This document shows, piece after piece, positions 1 through 10,515 of a DNA stretch of 37,243 nt. The stretch's first letter is position 1; each line of letters starts with the position of its first letter. The stretch spans positions 1-37,243 of the forward strand of contig JWZX01003132.1 in assembly GCA_001275005.1 (NCBI GenBank). Direction: 5' to 3'. The notes under the pieces were generated by a model. The model saw only the letters and a program-made list of their open reading frames with translations, was not told the origin of the DNA and searched no databases. The position numbers were made by a program, and so were the translations under genes. Source of the DNA: Chrysochromulina tobinii. Lineage: Eukaryota.

Positions 1-395
1 GGCAAGGGCGGCGGCGAGGGTGGTGGTGGCGAGGGTGGCGGCGATGGAGGCGGCGGTGAGGGAGGCGGCAAGGGCGGCGACGGCGAGGGCGGTGGTGAGG
101 GCGGCGGGGGCGAGGGCGGTGGTGAGGGCGGCGGGGGCGAGGGTGGCGGCGGCGAGGGCGGCGGCATGTAGGAGCAGCCGCAGCCCAGGCAATGGAAGCA
201 GCCAATTTCAACATGATCCTCGCACGTCAATGTCAAAACCAAACTCATGCATGTACTTCCTGCTGTCCCACAACGCTGGAAACACGCAGCCGGCAGTGGT
301 GGCGGCGGTGGTGGTGCGGCACTCACTGCAAGCAAAAGCATGTGCGCGGCCATTTGCGCTCGGCTCAGCCACTGCAACAGAGCTGATCTACTCAT
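1..395 (-). CDS. Secreted Cys-rich/Ser-Pro-rich (SPPPP, extensin-like) protein; N-terminal part only, runs off the left edge
   Basis: Manual translation from ATG at 395 gives MSRSALLQWLSRAQMAAHMLLLAVSAAPPPPPPLPAACFQRCGTAGSTCMSLVLTLTCEDHVEIGCFHCLGCGCSYMPPPSPPPPSPPPPSPPP..., open to base 1. It has a hydrophobic leader, 8 Cys and then SPPP(P) repeats. It is absent from the ORF track because the stop lies outside the window. Confidence 0.7.
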   Translation of the reverse strand, partial: MSRSALLQWLSRAQMAAHMLLLAVSAAPPPPPPLPAACFQRCGTAGSTCMSLVLTLTCEDHVEIGCFHCLGCGCSYMPPPSPPPPSPPPPSPPPSPPPPSPPPSPSPPLPPPSPPPPSPPPSPPPPSPPPL

Positions 396-975
396 GCGAA
401 TCTGCGCGTGGTGCAACTCCTGAAGTGCATCCGCGCGTGGGTCTCCGCTTGTCTAGATCCAATGTGGTTGTCCATGTGGACGGGCGCCTGTGCGTTTTCT
501 TCATGGACCGATCGTTCCACAATGTGTGTGTGTGAATGTGAATGTGTGTCTGTGTGAATTTAAAACAGGACCACACAGTACAGCGGCGCTCATGCGAACG
601 CGTCCCCGGGGGGGCGCGCTTACATGACTACTGGCAACAGGCCAGCAAGCGGGGCGCCGTTAAGGAGGTGAGATTTCCTGGAATTCGCCCAGATGGCGAC
701 GGGGAGCGCCGCGCCGATCACTGTGTGACTTCTAACACAGAGGAGGCAGCCGAGGCCGGTCCTGGGGAGGTGCCCCTTGACGAGGGATGTAATTGCGCCT
801 GACTTAGGTTCTCAAATCAGTCCCAATCCTAGCGTAGTTCAGACTGTAGTCTGTACTGTCGGCACAGTCAATTTTTGGGGTAAAACGGTAAATTTGAGTA
901 CACATCCTATGGCTATGCGCTATGGTGCACCTCCTGTGGTGCGTTACTTTGATGCCCCAGCATAAGGCACACGCA

Positions 976-1722
976 TCATGCCAAGCCAAACGCCCGCTGC
1001 TTTGCAGCTGTCGTCTGTGCCTCGCGCTGCTTCGCTTCGTTGGCCCGCGCTGCGAGCCGTCGCTTGCGCTCGAGCTGCTCGACGCCTCGGAGCGGCGGCA
1101 GGTGCTTGCCGACGCCGCTTCGCAGAGCTTCCAATGTGGTTGTCGACGTCGCGATGGTGCTGCCACCAGGCGCCGCCGCCTGAGCAGGGTCAGAGCCCAC
1201 GAAGCCCGCAAAGGCCTCGTCGCGCCACTGCTCCACCGATCGACCGCCGAGGTTCCACGGCGACTTCGTTCGAGGCGACTTGCGTGGCGACGGCGATGGT
1301 TGCGGCAACGCGCGCGCTGGGTCGTCGCCGCAGCTGCTGAGCCTTGCCAACTGGGCCGCGCGCTTGGATGAGAACTTTGCCTCCTTGGCGAGCTGCCGCT
1401 CCAGAGGGCCGCGCGCGCCGCCCGCGCCGTGCATCACCGGCACCACGAGCTGGGCTGGCTCTGGCACGAGCACGGCCGCGCGAAACTTTGTTGAACGTCT
1501 ACGTGTGACTGATCCCATGCCGAGCGCCGCGAGTGCTGGGGAAATGCCAGACGGTGCTGTCGGCGTTGCGGCCGCGACAGCGTAGGGCGATTTGCGGCGG
1601 TTAGAACGGTTGGCTTTGGCGCTGGAGCGCATTGCACCGCCGGAGCGCTGGCCAGCATTAGCATCGAGGTCGTCGGCGGTCACGACAAGCTCGGCGAGCT
1701 CCTTGAAGCGGGCGAGAGGCAT
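976..1722 (-). CDS. Hypothetical protein, 248 aa
   Basis: ATG-initiated ORF with protein-like composition and an AT-richer upstream region, divergent from the next gene. No domain recognised. Confidence 0.5.
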   Translation of the reverse strand: MPLARFKELAELVVTADDLDANAGQRSGGAMRSSAKANRSNRRKSPYAVAAATPTAPSGISPALAALGMGSVTRRRSTKFRAAVLVPEPAQLVVPVMHGAGGARGPLERQLAKEAKFSSKRAAQLARLSSCGDDPARALPQPSPSPRKSPRTKSPWNLGGRSVEQWRDEAFAGFVGSDPAQAAAPGGSTIATSTTTLEALRSGVGKHLPPLRGVEQLERKRRLAARANEAKQREAQTTAAKQRAFGLA

Positions 1723-2343
1723 GGACGATGGTGGGAGAAAGAACCAACCGACGTTTCATCAAGCGTTGGAGAAAGTTGGAAACGAGATGATCATACTTAA
1801 ACGTCCGAAGGAAATGCTTAATACAAGCTTAGGCGAATCGAATGCGGCCCGCTCGGCCGCTTAGTCGGATCGAATGCTCGGCCGTGACCGGGCAGCGGGC
1901 ACTTACCCGTTGGATGGTTCTCACCATCACGTGTTAGTGTGTGCCCCCTGAGTGTGGCCCTTGCCCCTTTGTGGTCCCTGGAGCGTGGCACCGCGCCCCG
2001 ATTGCCTTATCGGGCGCGAACTTTGAATCGCGATCACTTCCCGCAAGCGCGTGTTTTTCCAGGCGTGAGTCGGGGGTTGTCTGTCTAGAACACCCTTTGC
2101 GCACTCCGCGTGCGACGTCTATAAGGTTACTCACCACTACTCAAGTAGTCACTCTTTCCCGCGCGGCCAGTATCGCGGCTACGGGCCCGCTTGCCTCACT
2201 TGTCGGCGCCGACGCGTTGGCCCTTAAAAGGGCGCCGTGTTGGTTGGTTTCGTTAACGGATGTAAGCACTCCAGCACCTGCACTGTAAATGCCAGTTTGA
2301 CTCCTAGGCGTGTCCGTGCGCTGTGCTATCCGGATTTCCGGGC

Positions 2344-3915
2344 ATGAATGACTTGGTGACATCCATGGTGTCGGCCGACGAGGAGCTTGCCGACGGCGAC
2401 GTCGCATCGACCGCTGCGGCCGCGTACGCCTTGCGCTCTGACGCCGACTACGCGCCGCTCATGGAGGCCATCGGCGACTCGCAGTTCGTGCTGCTCGGCG
2501 AGAGCACGCACGGCACGGCTGAGTACTATGCGCATCGTGCAGCTATTACGAAGCGGTTGGTGGAGACCAAGGGCTTCTCGGTCGTTCTTATAGAGGGTGA
2601 CTGGCCGGCCGCCTACCGCGTGTCACGGTACATCAGCTCCGAAGGCTCCATGGACCGCTCTGCTCACGAGGCGCTCGCAGGCTTTGCAGGCTTTCCCTCG
2701 TGGATGTGGAAGAATGAGCGATTCGCATCGCTGGTCGAAGAGCTGCGCGCGCACAACGAGCGCGTGCGGGCAGAGGGCACCGAGGCCACGGCCACGCTGT
2801 CTGCGCTCGGGGACCTGCGCGCCGCAGGCGCGAGTGAGGAGCAGCTAGAGGTGATGGGCTTCACCAAGGCGGCGATCGCCGCAGCAAGTGAGGGGCGGCC
2901 CGAGGTGGTGTTGTATGGAATGGATACCTACTCCGTGAACGCCTCGGCTAGGGCGGTGATCGAATTTCTTGAGATCGTCGACCCGGATGCCGCAGCGCTC
3001 ACACGCTCCCGCTATGCCGTCTTCGAGCCCTTCGGTGACGATATGAAGGAGTACGGGCGACAAGTCACGTGCGGCGAGCTGGCGTCACGGGCCGAGGAGA
3101 TCAAGGCGGACGTGGCGAGCGTGTTGACGGAGCTGCAACAGAACGCGCGCGCCTCGTACTCGCTGCTGCTCAGCCCCGCGGAACTGCTCAACGCCGAGCA
3201 GAATGCGCAAGTGGTCGTCAACGGCGAGGCGTACTTCCGTGGGCTCTACGAGAGCATAGGCTCCGTGGACACGTGGAACCTGCGCGACCAGGCGATGGTG
3301 CAGACGTGCCTGCGCCTGGTCGAGTACTGCCGTGCCATGAACGGCGGCGCCACGCCCAAGATCGTCCTCTGGGCGCATAATTCCCATGTGGGAGACGCGA
3401 GCGCCACTTCGATGGCCGTGCGCGAGGAGTGGAATTTGGGACAGATGCTGCGCCAGACCTTCGGCGCCGATTGCAACGCGGACAGCGGCGGCGTCTTCCT
3501 ATGCGGTTTCGGCACGTACGCGGGCACCGTCACAGCCGCCGAGGAGTGGGGCCGTCCCCCGCAGACGTTTGAGCTCGCCGACGCCGAGCCGGGCAGCATC
3601 TCAGATCTCATGCATAAGGTGCTTCGGGTCGTGAGTGAGCGCGAGCGGCTTGAGGGCGGCGCGCCGGCGCTCTCGGCCGCGCCCCTCAATGCGTTGCTCC
3701 TCGTGCTTAAGGGCGTGAGCACCAGCGACCCCGAGCACAATGAGGTGCAGCAGGCGGCACGCGCCGTGCTTCGCGAACCGCGTCGCCAACGGGCGGTCGG
3801 CGTGTGCTACCGAAAGGCCACGGAAGCGAGCTCGCACTATGTGGAGGCGAGCTTGGCGACGCAATTCGACGCGTGGATCCATGTCGACCGCACCACGGCC
3901 CTGACGCCGCTGTGA
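2344..3915 (+). CDS. Erythromycin esterase (EreA/EreB-like) family protein, intronless
   Basis: Motifs VLLGESTHGTAEYY, IEGDWP, FPSWMW, YGMDTYS, WNLRD, LWAHNSHVGD, QRAVGVCY and SHY...QFDAWIHVDRT. The first ATG is at 2344; the track's 2323 start is GTG. Confidence 0.88.
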   Translation: MNDLVTSMVSADEELADGDVASTAAAAYALRSDADYAPLMEAIGDSQFVLLGESTHGTAEYYAHRAAITKRLVETKGFSVVLIEGDWPAAYRVSRYISSEGSMDRSAHEALAGFAGFPSWMWKNERFASLVEELRAHNERVRAEGTEATATLSALGDLRAAGASEEQLEVMGFTKAAIAAASEGRPEVVLYGMDTYSVNASARAVIEFLEIVDPDAAALTRSRYAVFEPFGDDMKEYGRQVTCGELASRAEEIKADVASVLTELQQNARASYSLLLSPAELLNAEQNAQVVVNGEAYFRGLYESIGSVDTWNLRDQAMVQTCLRLVEYCRAMNGGATPKIVLWAHNSHVGDASATSMAVREEWNLGQMLRQTFGADCNADSGGVFLCGFGTYAGTVTAAEEWGRPPQTFELADAEPGSISDLMHKVLRVVSERERLEGGAPALSAAPLNALLLVLKGVSTSDPEHNEVQQAARAVLREPRRQRAVGVCYRKATEASSHYVEASLATQFDAWIHVDRTTALTPL

Positions 3916-4030
3916 TCTATCTATAGGAAAGAGTCTACACGGTGGTGCAGTATACTTTTAAGCTTTGTACGTGCATCGTGCAATGTGCACCGGGGGGAGC
4001 AAGTCTTCACAGTCGGCCCTCCCCGGAAAA

Positions 4031-4488
4031 ATGCTTCCTGTGGCTTTATTGCCCGACCTGCTGGAGCTCGAGGCCAATTTGCCCGCGGATCCGACAACCT
4101 TCTTCGCGGCCGCGTTCGATCCCTCGGCCCCGCCTGCGCCCGGAGCACGCGCCGCTGCTGAGGTGCTGCGGCACGCGGCAAGCCAAGGGCTCGAGACGGC
4201 GGATCTCATGCAGCAGCTGCGCATGCTGGGCCTCGGCGAGGCCGGCGCGATATTTTTTGCTAACTACTGGGCCGCACAACCCTCGCGCGCCTCGTTGCAG
4301 CGCGAGCCGCCGCTTCAGCTCCTCGACGTCGATTGGAGCTTCGGCGTGAGTGCCAGCAGCAGCGAGCACCAGGCGATGGGCACAACGTTCGTGCAGCTGC
4401 GGCTTAGCACGCAGGGCCAGAATGGCGGCGAGTTCGTGCACACGGGTGCGGCCGTCGCCCGGCCGCCCTTGCCGCGCGCCACACGTGA

Positions 4489-4519
<31 letters not shown>

Positions 4520-4746
4520 ACTCTCACTCTCTCTCTCTTCTCTCTCTCTCTCTCTCTCGCTCGCTCTCTCTCTCTCGCTCTCTCTCTCTCTACCTCCTTA
4601 AGAGAGTGCTCCGCACTCGCCTTTGTGCTCACACGCATCCACGTGTCTCTCCCCCGCCGCGCGCTCGCGCAGAGCTCGACCTCGCGCGCTTCTACGACTT
4701 CCTCCATCAGCTCGAGCTCGCGAAGGCGAGGCTGGAAGTCGCGTGA
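4031..4746 (+). CDS. COMMD7: COMM-domain protein, COMMD7-like; exons 4031-4445 and 4673-4746
   Basis: Removing the GT-AG intron 4446-4672 joins QLLDVDWSFGVSASSSEHQAMGTTFVQLRL...FVHT to ELDLARFYDFLHQLELAKARLEVA*, restoring the COMM domain C-terminus. Confidence 0.85.
4489..4591 (+). repeat. Imperfect (CT)n microsatellite inside the COMMD7 intron
   Basis: About 100 bp of ctctct with occasional interruptions. Confidence 0.95.
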
Positions 4747-5261
4747 CGAAGAAGCAGAGATGACGAGGCTTGAGGCAGCGGCGTGCCGGTTCGGCGAACG
4801 AGAGTCGGTGTGTCGCTGACTGAGTCTACGCGCGAATCACCTATATCCTTGTCGCCCGCGGAATCGACGGGACGTGCCTCACGTGGCGCCGCCTAGTTTA
4901 CTACAGTGCTACAGTTCACAGTGGAGTCAGCGGAGACATGCTGCCAGTACAGCGACACGAGACAAGCATGGAGACAGCAGACAGGTCCCAGCTTAAGTCT
5001 TTAAGACTAAAAGTAAAAAGACAGCTTGAAGTTTCTTCCTTCTTATCTTCTATCAATTAAAACGTTCTTTTCTCGCGTCGGCGTGCCGTCGCTCCCACAC
5101 GGACTGTAGGAGCGCGCAGCCGTTTTCTAAAGAAGGTGCACAGGAATCCAAGGGAAGAGAGCAGAACCCGGAATTCCGCTCGACACAGCGCGCGGGCGTC
5201 AACGGTCTTGTGCAGGACCTCTTCAGCGGCGCCGCGGCTCTCCCTCTCGCGATAGGCAGCC

Positions 5262-7001
5262 ATGGCATTCGCGGCCGCTCGTAAGAAGGAGATGAAGAAG
5301 AAGGAAGCGCCCGACCTCATGTCCCTGCTCAACGCGCGCGATTACACGGGCGCAATGACGCTCATCGAGTTTGAGCGCAAGATGTTCATGGACAAGAAGC
5401 AGGCATCCGGTTGGCGGGCGGGTGCCAACGGGGAGTACGAGTGGGTTGAAGGCGGCAGTTCGGCCCTCACTGGTGAGGAGGCGAAGCAGGACGAGGAGCG
5501 CAGGCTCTGGCTTGCGTACGCTGCCTTCCACCTGGGCGATTACGGAAAGGCGCTCGACGCCTACCAGAACCTTCTGGACTCGGGCTCGCACGACCCGATG
5601 ATCCACGTGTTCATGGCGTGCTGCCTCGAGCGGATGCAGATGCACCAAGAGGCCGAGGAGCGTGCGCGGAAGGGCGCGCCCGGCCCACTGCAGAACCGGC
5701 TGCTCTTTCACCTGGCGCACCGGATGAACGATGAGGCTAAGCTGATGGCGCACCATCAGAAGCTCGCGGATACGACGCTTGACCAGCTGTCGCTCGCGTC
5801 GATCCACTTCCTGCGCAACCACTACCAGGAGGCGACCGACATCTACAAGCGCCTGTTGCTCGAGAACCGCGACTTCACCGCGCTCAACGTGTACGTGGCG
5901 CTGTGCTATTACAAGCTCGACTATTATGACGTGTCACTTGAGATTTTGGCCGCGTACCTGCAGGCGCACCCCGACTCGGCGCTCGCGCTCAATCTGAAGG
6001 CGTGCAACCAGTTCCGGCTGTACGACGGCAAGGCGGCCGAGGCTGAGCTCGCGCCGCTGACCAAGGAAGCCGTATCCGTGGATAAGATCAAGTCCAACCT
6101 GGTGCGTCACAACATGGTGGTGTTCCAAAACGGCGAGCGCGCGCTGCAGATCTTGCCACCGCTCGTAGGCGTGGTGCCCGAGGCGCGGCTCAACCTCGTC
6201 ATCTACCACATGCACCACGGCGAAGTACAGGAGGCCTTTGAGCTCATGAAGGACGTCGAGCCCGCCTCCCCCTCCGAGTACATCCTGAAGGGGGTGACCA
6301 ACCTCGCCGTCGGCCAAGCGATGGACTCGCGGGAGCATCTCAAGGTGGCGCAACAGTACTTCCAGCTGCTCGGCGCGTCGGCCTCCGAGTGCGACACCAT
6401 CCCCGGCCGCCAGTGCATGGCCTCGTGCTTCTTCATCCTTCGGCAATTCGACGACGTGCTCATCTACCTGAACTCAGTCGAAGCATACTTCCCATCGGAC
6501 CCGACCTTCCTGTACAACTTCGCGATCGCCAAGGCGGCTGCGGGCAAGTACAAGGAGGCCGAGCCCGCGCTGCTCGCGCTCCAGTCCGGCTCATCCGCCG
6601 AAGACCTCGCCAAGGACTACATCTTCCAGATGTGGTTGGCTCGTTGCCTCGTGATGAATGGCAAGGCTCGGGAGGCCTGGGAGATCTACTTGAAGATGGA
6701 AGGCACGCAGGAGTCGTTCGCGATGCTGCAGCTGCTCGCGAACGACTGCTACCGCGCGGGCGCCTTCCTGTACGCCGCCAAGGCCTTCGACACGCTTGAG
6801 CGCCTCGACCCGAACCCCGAGTACTGGGACGGGAAGCGTGGCGCGTGCGTGGGCCACTTCCAAAAGGTGATCGCGATGCAAGAGCAGAAGAACTCGCTGC
6901 GCGAGATCCTCGGTATGCTCAAGTCGAGCCGCAACCCACAGGTCGAGTACCTCGCGCGCGTGATGAAGAAGTGGGCGCGCGAGAATGGGGTGAGCGTCTG
7001 A
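5262..7001 (+). CDS. IFT56: Intraflagellar transport protein 56 (TTC26/DYF13), TPR protein
   Basis: Motifs LSLASIHFLRNHYQEATDIYKRLL, YVALCYYKLDYYDVS, PEARLNLVIY, SECDTIPGRQCMAS and AKAFDTLERLDPNPEYWDGKRGAC. Confidence 0.95.
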   Translation: MAFAAARKKEMKKKEAPDLMSLLNARDYTGAMTLIEFERKMFMDKKQASGWRAGANGEYEWVEGGSSALTGEEAKQDEERRLWLAYAAFHLGDYGKALDAYQNLLDSGSHDPMIHVFMACCLERMQMHQEAEERARKGAPGPLQNRLLFHLAHRMNDEAKLMAHHQKLADTTLDQLSLASIHFLRNHYQEATDIYKRLLLENRDFTALNVYVALCYYKLDYYDVSLEILAAYLQAHPDSALALNLKACNQFRLYDGKAAEAELAPLTKEAVSVDKIKSNLVRHNMVVFQNGERALQILPPLVGVVPEARLNLVIYHMHHGEVQEAFELMKDVEPASPSEYILKGVTNLAVGQAMDSREHLKVAQQYFQLLGASASECDTIPGRQCMASCFFILRQFDDVLIYLNSVEAYFPSDPTFLYNFAIAKAAAGKYKEAEPALLALQSGSSAEDLAKDYIFQMWLARCLVMNGKAREAWEIYLKMEGTQESFAMLQLLANDCYRAGAFLYAAKAFDTLERLDPNPEYWDGKRGACVGHFQKVIAMQEQKNSLREILGMLKSSRNPQVEYLARVMKKWARENGVSV

Positions 7002-7730
7002 TGGACTATGATTGCGTCCCTCATCAGGAGGTCTGTGGGCGCGCGAGAATGGGGTGAGCGTCTGAGCCGGCGCGCCCGGCGCGGCGCCTGGCGTGGCGGG
7101 GGCGGGGAGCGGGTCCCGACCGACGGACCATCCGTGCCCGTGGGCCGTGCACACACGCTGTCTCGGCGCGCCCGTGTCGGTATATCAGTGGGCTCGTGTG
7201 CGCGCGCGAGAGAGCTCGCATCTCCCGTCGTCGCACGCGGCACGGTCCCGGATCCGCGCGCGCCGGTTTACGTGCATCCTCTATCGCCTATCTCCCGTAT
7301 TATAACGAGTCCACCACGTCAGTGCGGCACTTGGTAAATAAACAGTAACTCGTAACTCGCTAACAGCGTCGGTGCTCTCGCAGGACGCCCCGGCGCGACC
7401 GCGAGACGGGCCGACGTCGCCGACGACCGGGAGACGCGACGGCCGACGCCGGTTAGACGCCGGGGCGCGGGGCGGGCGGGGTAAGGCCGGGGCCGGGGAC
7501 CAGGGGGTGTGTTGTTCGTGTGTGACACACTTGACCGCGCGAGACGACCAATGACGCTCGCGTGTAATGTGCTGTTCTGCTGAAACGCGGCCGCCGAGGC
7601 GCACGGTCGCACCTACCGTGCATGTCCAAAGCGTTCGGTACCGCGCATATGGGCGGGAGGCGCCCCTGACTGCCCCTGATTGCGGCCCGGGCGCGCGACG
7701 AGCGCGATCAGAGAGCTGGACGCGATCGGT

Positions 7731-8402
7731 TCATTTACTCTTGCTCGGAGAGATGGAGAGCCCCGAGATGGAGAGCCCCATACCGTCGAGCTCGGAGCGC
7801 ACCTCGCCACCCTCCTCGTCCTCGAGCCCGGGAAGATTGGCCGCGGGTCCCACTGTGTCAATCCCCAGTTTGGCTCCGCACACGCTCAGGCTGCCATTCA
7901 TGGCCTCGACTGCCTTGCCCTGCTTGGCTGAGAGCATGAGCTCTTTGAACGCGTCGAAGTCGGTCATCGAGTGAAGCATCTCGAGTGGAGGCGGCAGGTC
8001 CCCGTCGTTAGCCTTCGCACGCTCCGCGAGCGTCGCACAGAAGCCGGCCATGTCGAAGGACTGTACGCTCGCGCCGAGCCGCTCCTCGATGAACGTCTCG
8101 ACCATCGCGGAGTAATCATTGAAGAGGGTGGTATATATCAGCTTGTTCTCGTCGCTGTCCTCGAACTCGTGGCAGTGCTCCTCCGCGAACGCGTCCACGC
8201 GTTCATTGAAAGCCTCATCCATGAGCATCACCTCGAGCTCCTGCAGGATGAGTGAGAAGGCGTCTTTCGTCGAGGAGCCATCGTCGGTGGCGATCACCTC
8301 GTCGACAGCCTCGTCCCCCTCGCCACTCACAAGCGCAGGACCGTCGACGATGTCCGCAAAGTCACCGCTTACGATGGCCGCATTCGCCTCGGTCACCGCC
8401 AT
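7731..8402 (-). CDS. ARL2BP: ARL2-binding protein (BART domain)
   Basis: EFEDSDENKLIYTTLFNDYSAMVETFIEERL and LEMLHSMTDFDAFKELML match the BART domain pattern. Confidence 0.85.
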   Translation of the reverse strand: MAVTEANAAIVSGDFADIVDGPALVSGEGDEAVDEVIATDDGSSTKDAFSLILQELEVMLMDEAFNERVDAFAEEHCHEFEDSDENKLIYTTLFNDYSAMVETFIEERLGASVQSFDMAGFCATLAERAKANDGDLPPPLEMLHSMTDFDAFKELMLSAKQGKAVEAMNGSLSVCGAKLGIDTVGPAANLPGLEDEEGGEVRSELDGMGLSISGLSISPSKSK

Positions 8403-8726
8403 CCCGCCGACCGTTGGAAGTAGTTTTCACTCGAGATTTTCACACTTCAAATACCGTCAGGGATCTGACAGCCCCCCACGCAAGCAAACAAGGGAAACGG
8501 AGTACTCGGTTGCGCTTGTGTTTGAAACGACTAAAAATTAGCTTGCTAATTAAACTCTGACTTTTGAATTAGATGGTTTGCTTATTAAGGCCGTACAACG
8601 AGCTGGTCATTAAAACTGTCATTGAGTTCTTTGCACCAGTCCGAGGGGTCGGTGCTGTGGGGGGCTCGTCTATTGTGGCGTATCTCGGAGGATCTGGGCG
8701 GATCTTTGTTATCGCACCTCGGCACG

Positions 8727-10049
8727 ATGGTCGCGGCGAGTCGTGCCTTTCGCTCGATCGCGCTGCTGATTTCCCTGAGCAGTTGCGCGGGCTTCCTACT
8801 CGCCGGCGCGCCGTCCACGCCTGTGCAGCGCCGTGAGCGGCGAGCGGGAGGCGTCGTTGCGGCGCACGGCGAGCTCCGCGCAAGCATTATTGGCATCGGC
8901 GCGGCGGCGCCAGAGAGGCGTGTGCCCAACAGCGAGCTCGAGAAGGTTGTCGACACGTCTGACGAGTGGATCTCGCAGCGCACGGGCATCAGCTGCCGCC
9001 ACCTGATCGCGCCTGACCAGGGCCTCGCCGACCTGGCCAGCAAGGCTGCCAAAGAGGCCCTCGAGCATGCGGGCGTCGATCCGTTGGAGGTGGGCCTCGT
9101 GATCATGGCAACGTCATCGCCCGACGACCTCTTTGGCGACGCCGCGTTCGTGGCGCGCAGCGTCGGCGCGACGAATGCCGTCGCCTTCGACCTGACGGCT
9201 GCGTGCTCGGGCTTCTTGTTCGGGATCAACACGGCGTCACAGTTCCTGCATAACGGCGCGTACAAGACGGCGATCGTCATCGGCGCGGACGCGCTCTCGC
9301 GCTGGGTGGACTGGACGGACCGCAACACGTGCGTGCTCTTCGGTGACGGCGCGGGCGCCGTCGTGTTGCAGCAGACGGCTGCTGGGCAGCCCGCCGGCAT
9401 CCTAGGCTACGAGATGCACTCCAACGGGGCAGGCCGTTCGGACCTTAACCTTGGCTACAACGGCGAGTCCAAGGACCTCGGGACAACCATCCCCGCGACC
9501 GTCACAAAAGGCGCCTACACGCCCATCGCGATGAACGGCAAGGAGGTGTACAAGTTCGCGACGACGTGTGTGCCGGAGGTGCTCAAGGAGGCACTTGACA
9601 ATGCGGGCCTGACGGCGGACGACGTTGACTGGCTGCTGCTTCACCAGGTGCGTGCCGTCGCTCACCAGCGAGCCCGTGCGCATAGCACGTCGAGCATCTC
9701 TCTGCCTTGCGCGCCCAATGACTGCCTCCCGCACCGGATTCCTCGGCTGCCCTCCTTGTGGAGAGTCTTCACACCGTCACGACTGAGCTGCACCGGCTCG
9801 TTCTTGTGGTGCCATTCACAGGCCAACATTCGGATCATGGAGACTGTGGCCAAGAAGCTGGGCATCCCGATGGAGAAGGTGATCACCAACCTTGCCGAGT
9901 ATGGCAATACTTCGGCCGGCTCCATACCCCTCGCACTCAACGAGGCGGTGAAAGCCGGTAAGGTGAAGCCTGGCGACGTGATCGCATGCGCCGGCTTTGG
10001 CGCCGGTCTCAGTTGGGGATCGGCGATCATCCGATGGAGCGGAAAGTGA
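8727..10049 (+). CDS. fabH: Plastid 3-oxoacyl-ACP synthase III (KAS III); exons 8727-9647 and 9822-10049
   Basis: Motifs DTSDEWISQRTGI, FDLTAACSGF (catalytic Cys), LFGDGAGA and YGNTSAGS. HQ|ANIRI is restored by removing GT-AG intron 9648-9821. The N-terminus has a signal peptide ending SCAG-F followed by an Arg-rich transit-like segment. Confidence 0.95.
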   Translation: MVAASRAFRSIALLISLSSCAGFLLAGAPSTPVQRRERRAGGVVAAHGELRASIIGIGAAAPERRVPNSELEKVVDTSDEWISQRTGISCRHLIAPDQGLADLASKAAKEALEHAGVDPLEVGLVIMATSSPDDLFGDAAFVARSVGATNAVAFDLTAACSGFLFGINTASQFLHNGAYKTAIVIGADALSRWVDWTDRNTCVLFGDGAGAVVLQQTAAGQPAGILGYEMHSNGAGRSDLNLGYNGESKDLGTTIPATVTKGAYTPIAMNGKEVYKFATTCVPEVLKEALDNAGLTADDVDWLLLHQVRAVAHQRARAHSTSSISLPCAPNDCLPHRIPRLPSLWRVFTPSRLSCTGSFLWCHSQANIRIMETVAKKLGIPMEKVITNLAEYGNTSAGSIPLALNEAVKAGKVKPGDVIACAGFGAGLSWGSAIIRWSGK

Positions 10050-10515
10050 GAGGCGGTAGCTCGCTGAGATTCGTTCGCTGCGATTCGTCAGACCCAGACC
10101 CAACGGCGCCTCGACCTCGCAGAACAGTCACTCCGCACCAGCACATTGTGTGTGATGCATGAGTATGTATTTTTATGCCGGAATGGCGCGGTTGTCCGCG
10201 CTAACTCCACACCGGCGTCTCGCGGTGTGTGGTATGTTGCGGCGCGCAGTCTGTCAGAGATGAGCAGCTCGGAGAGCAATATAATAATCCATTGATAATA
10301 TTAATAATCATGGCCGCCCCAGGCCGGCCGGGTTCGGGGTTGGGTGGGGACGTCTGGGCGCGGATACAAGAACCGCGCGCCTTTACTATGATTCGTCGCA
10401 CCGGACCGGCCCCGCGCTCGCGGCTCGGTCCTCGGCGGCGGCACGCCGCGCGCGAGGGCGCGACGCGCGTCCAGGGAAAATCCGAATCTCGAGACATGGG
10501 TCTCAAGATTCACGT

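Noticed and set aside
20..535. Plus-strand 171-aa ORF
   Set aside because: It is the shadow of the minus-strand SPPPP gene and has a non-ATG start.
575..859. Possible MITE bounded by acagtacag/ctgtactgt inverted repeats
   Set aside because: The inverted match is only 9 bp and there is no target-site duplication.
3965..4819. Single-exon 284-aa protein with an SLSLSL tract
   Set aside because: This is read-through of the (CT)n-containing intron. Splicing restores the COMM domain.
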